Shown piece by piece: positions 12,578-12,905 of a DNA stretch of 12,905 bases (its first letter is position 1; every line of letters starts with the position of its first letter). The translations under genes and the position numbers were made by a program. The DNA lies in assembly GCA_041694835.1 (NCBI GenBank), contig JBGFRZ010000018.1, positions 1 through 12,905 of the forward strand, read 5' to 3'. The DNA comes from Ignavibacteria bacterium (lineage in GTDB: Bacteria > Elusimicrobiota > Endomicrobiia > PHAN01). Under the pieces are notes generated by a model. That model worked only from the letters and a program-made list of their open reading frames with translations. It did not search any database and was not told the DNA's origin.

Positions 12578-12905
12578 AATTAACCCGTCAGGAATCACGG
12601 GGGATTTTCGACATTTGCTTGATTTTTCGCTTTTTCCGAACAACCCCGAAATTTCCAACCTTCTCTATTTTTAAGGCTCTTCTCCAAATGTTGTTGTAAC
12701 ATTGGGTAAAGATTTTGCAATACCTAAAAACAAAGTATTTTCGCTCATTCTCGTCCCGATAAATCGGGAGCGGGGTAATCAAGTGTTCACACTTGATTAA
12801 ACCCGCTCAAACACTTTGTTTTTATACGCACAACAAAAAATGGAGAAGACCCATTTTTAAAAACCCAATGTTGCGGAGAGTTTTTCTACCTTCCCGAGGC
12901 CTCTT

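Noticed and set aside
12588-12782. 64-aa minus-strand ORF
   Set aside because: It is short, has no recognisable motif or clear SD, and spans a TCCCGAT palindrome; it is probably intergenic.

Overview
A roughly 43% GC bacterial window. The gene content (a PorV/PorQ-like barrel, a FlgD-Ig/T9SS-like C-terminal domain protein, TPR/HEAT membrane proteins and repeat-laden intergenic DNA) resembles Elusimicrobiota, but this is inference only. On the + strand, in order: the 3' end of a receiver-domain response regulator; a 1246-aa secreted Kelch/FN3/Ig protein with a YPNPF...WDGR C-terminal sorting-type domain; a single-domain response regulator; a PorV/PorQ-like beta-barrel fused to a coiled coil and TPRs; a TPR-TM-coiled-coil-HEAT protein; and a five-gene Hydrogenobacter/Nitrospira-type 2-oxoacid:ferredoxin oxidoreductase operon (D-A-B-G-E) behind a clear sigma70 promoter. 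A tRNA-Ala(CGC) on the - strand converges on the operon. The unusual part is the non-coding DNA: almost every gene junction carries short tandem arrays and palindromic modules. (1) The second response regulator is bracketed by a long inverted repeat with a perfect 52-bp core containing a LexA-box-like palindrome. (2) The heptamer repeat supplies stop codons on one strand and a frame-independent hydrophobic signal peptide on the other. (3) Repeat modules appear to be translated in frame at the N-termini of two genes. (4) A 175-bp MITE-like hairpin with a target-site duplication sits in the putative tRNA promoter. (5) A 15-bp inverted repeat brackets the oxidoreductase operon.
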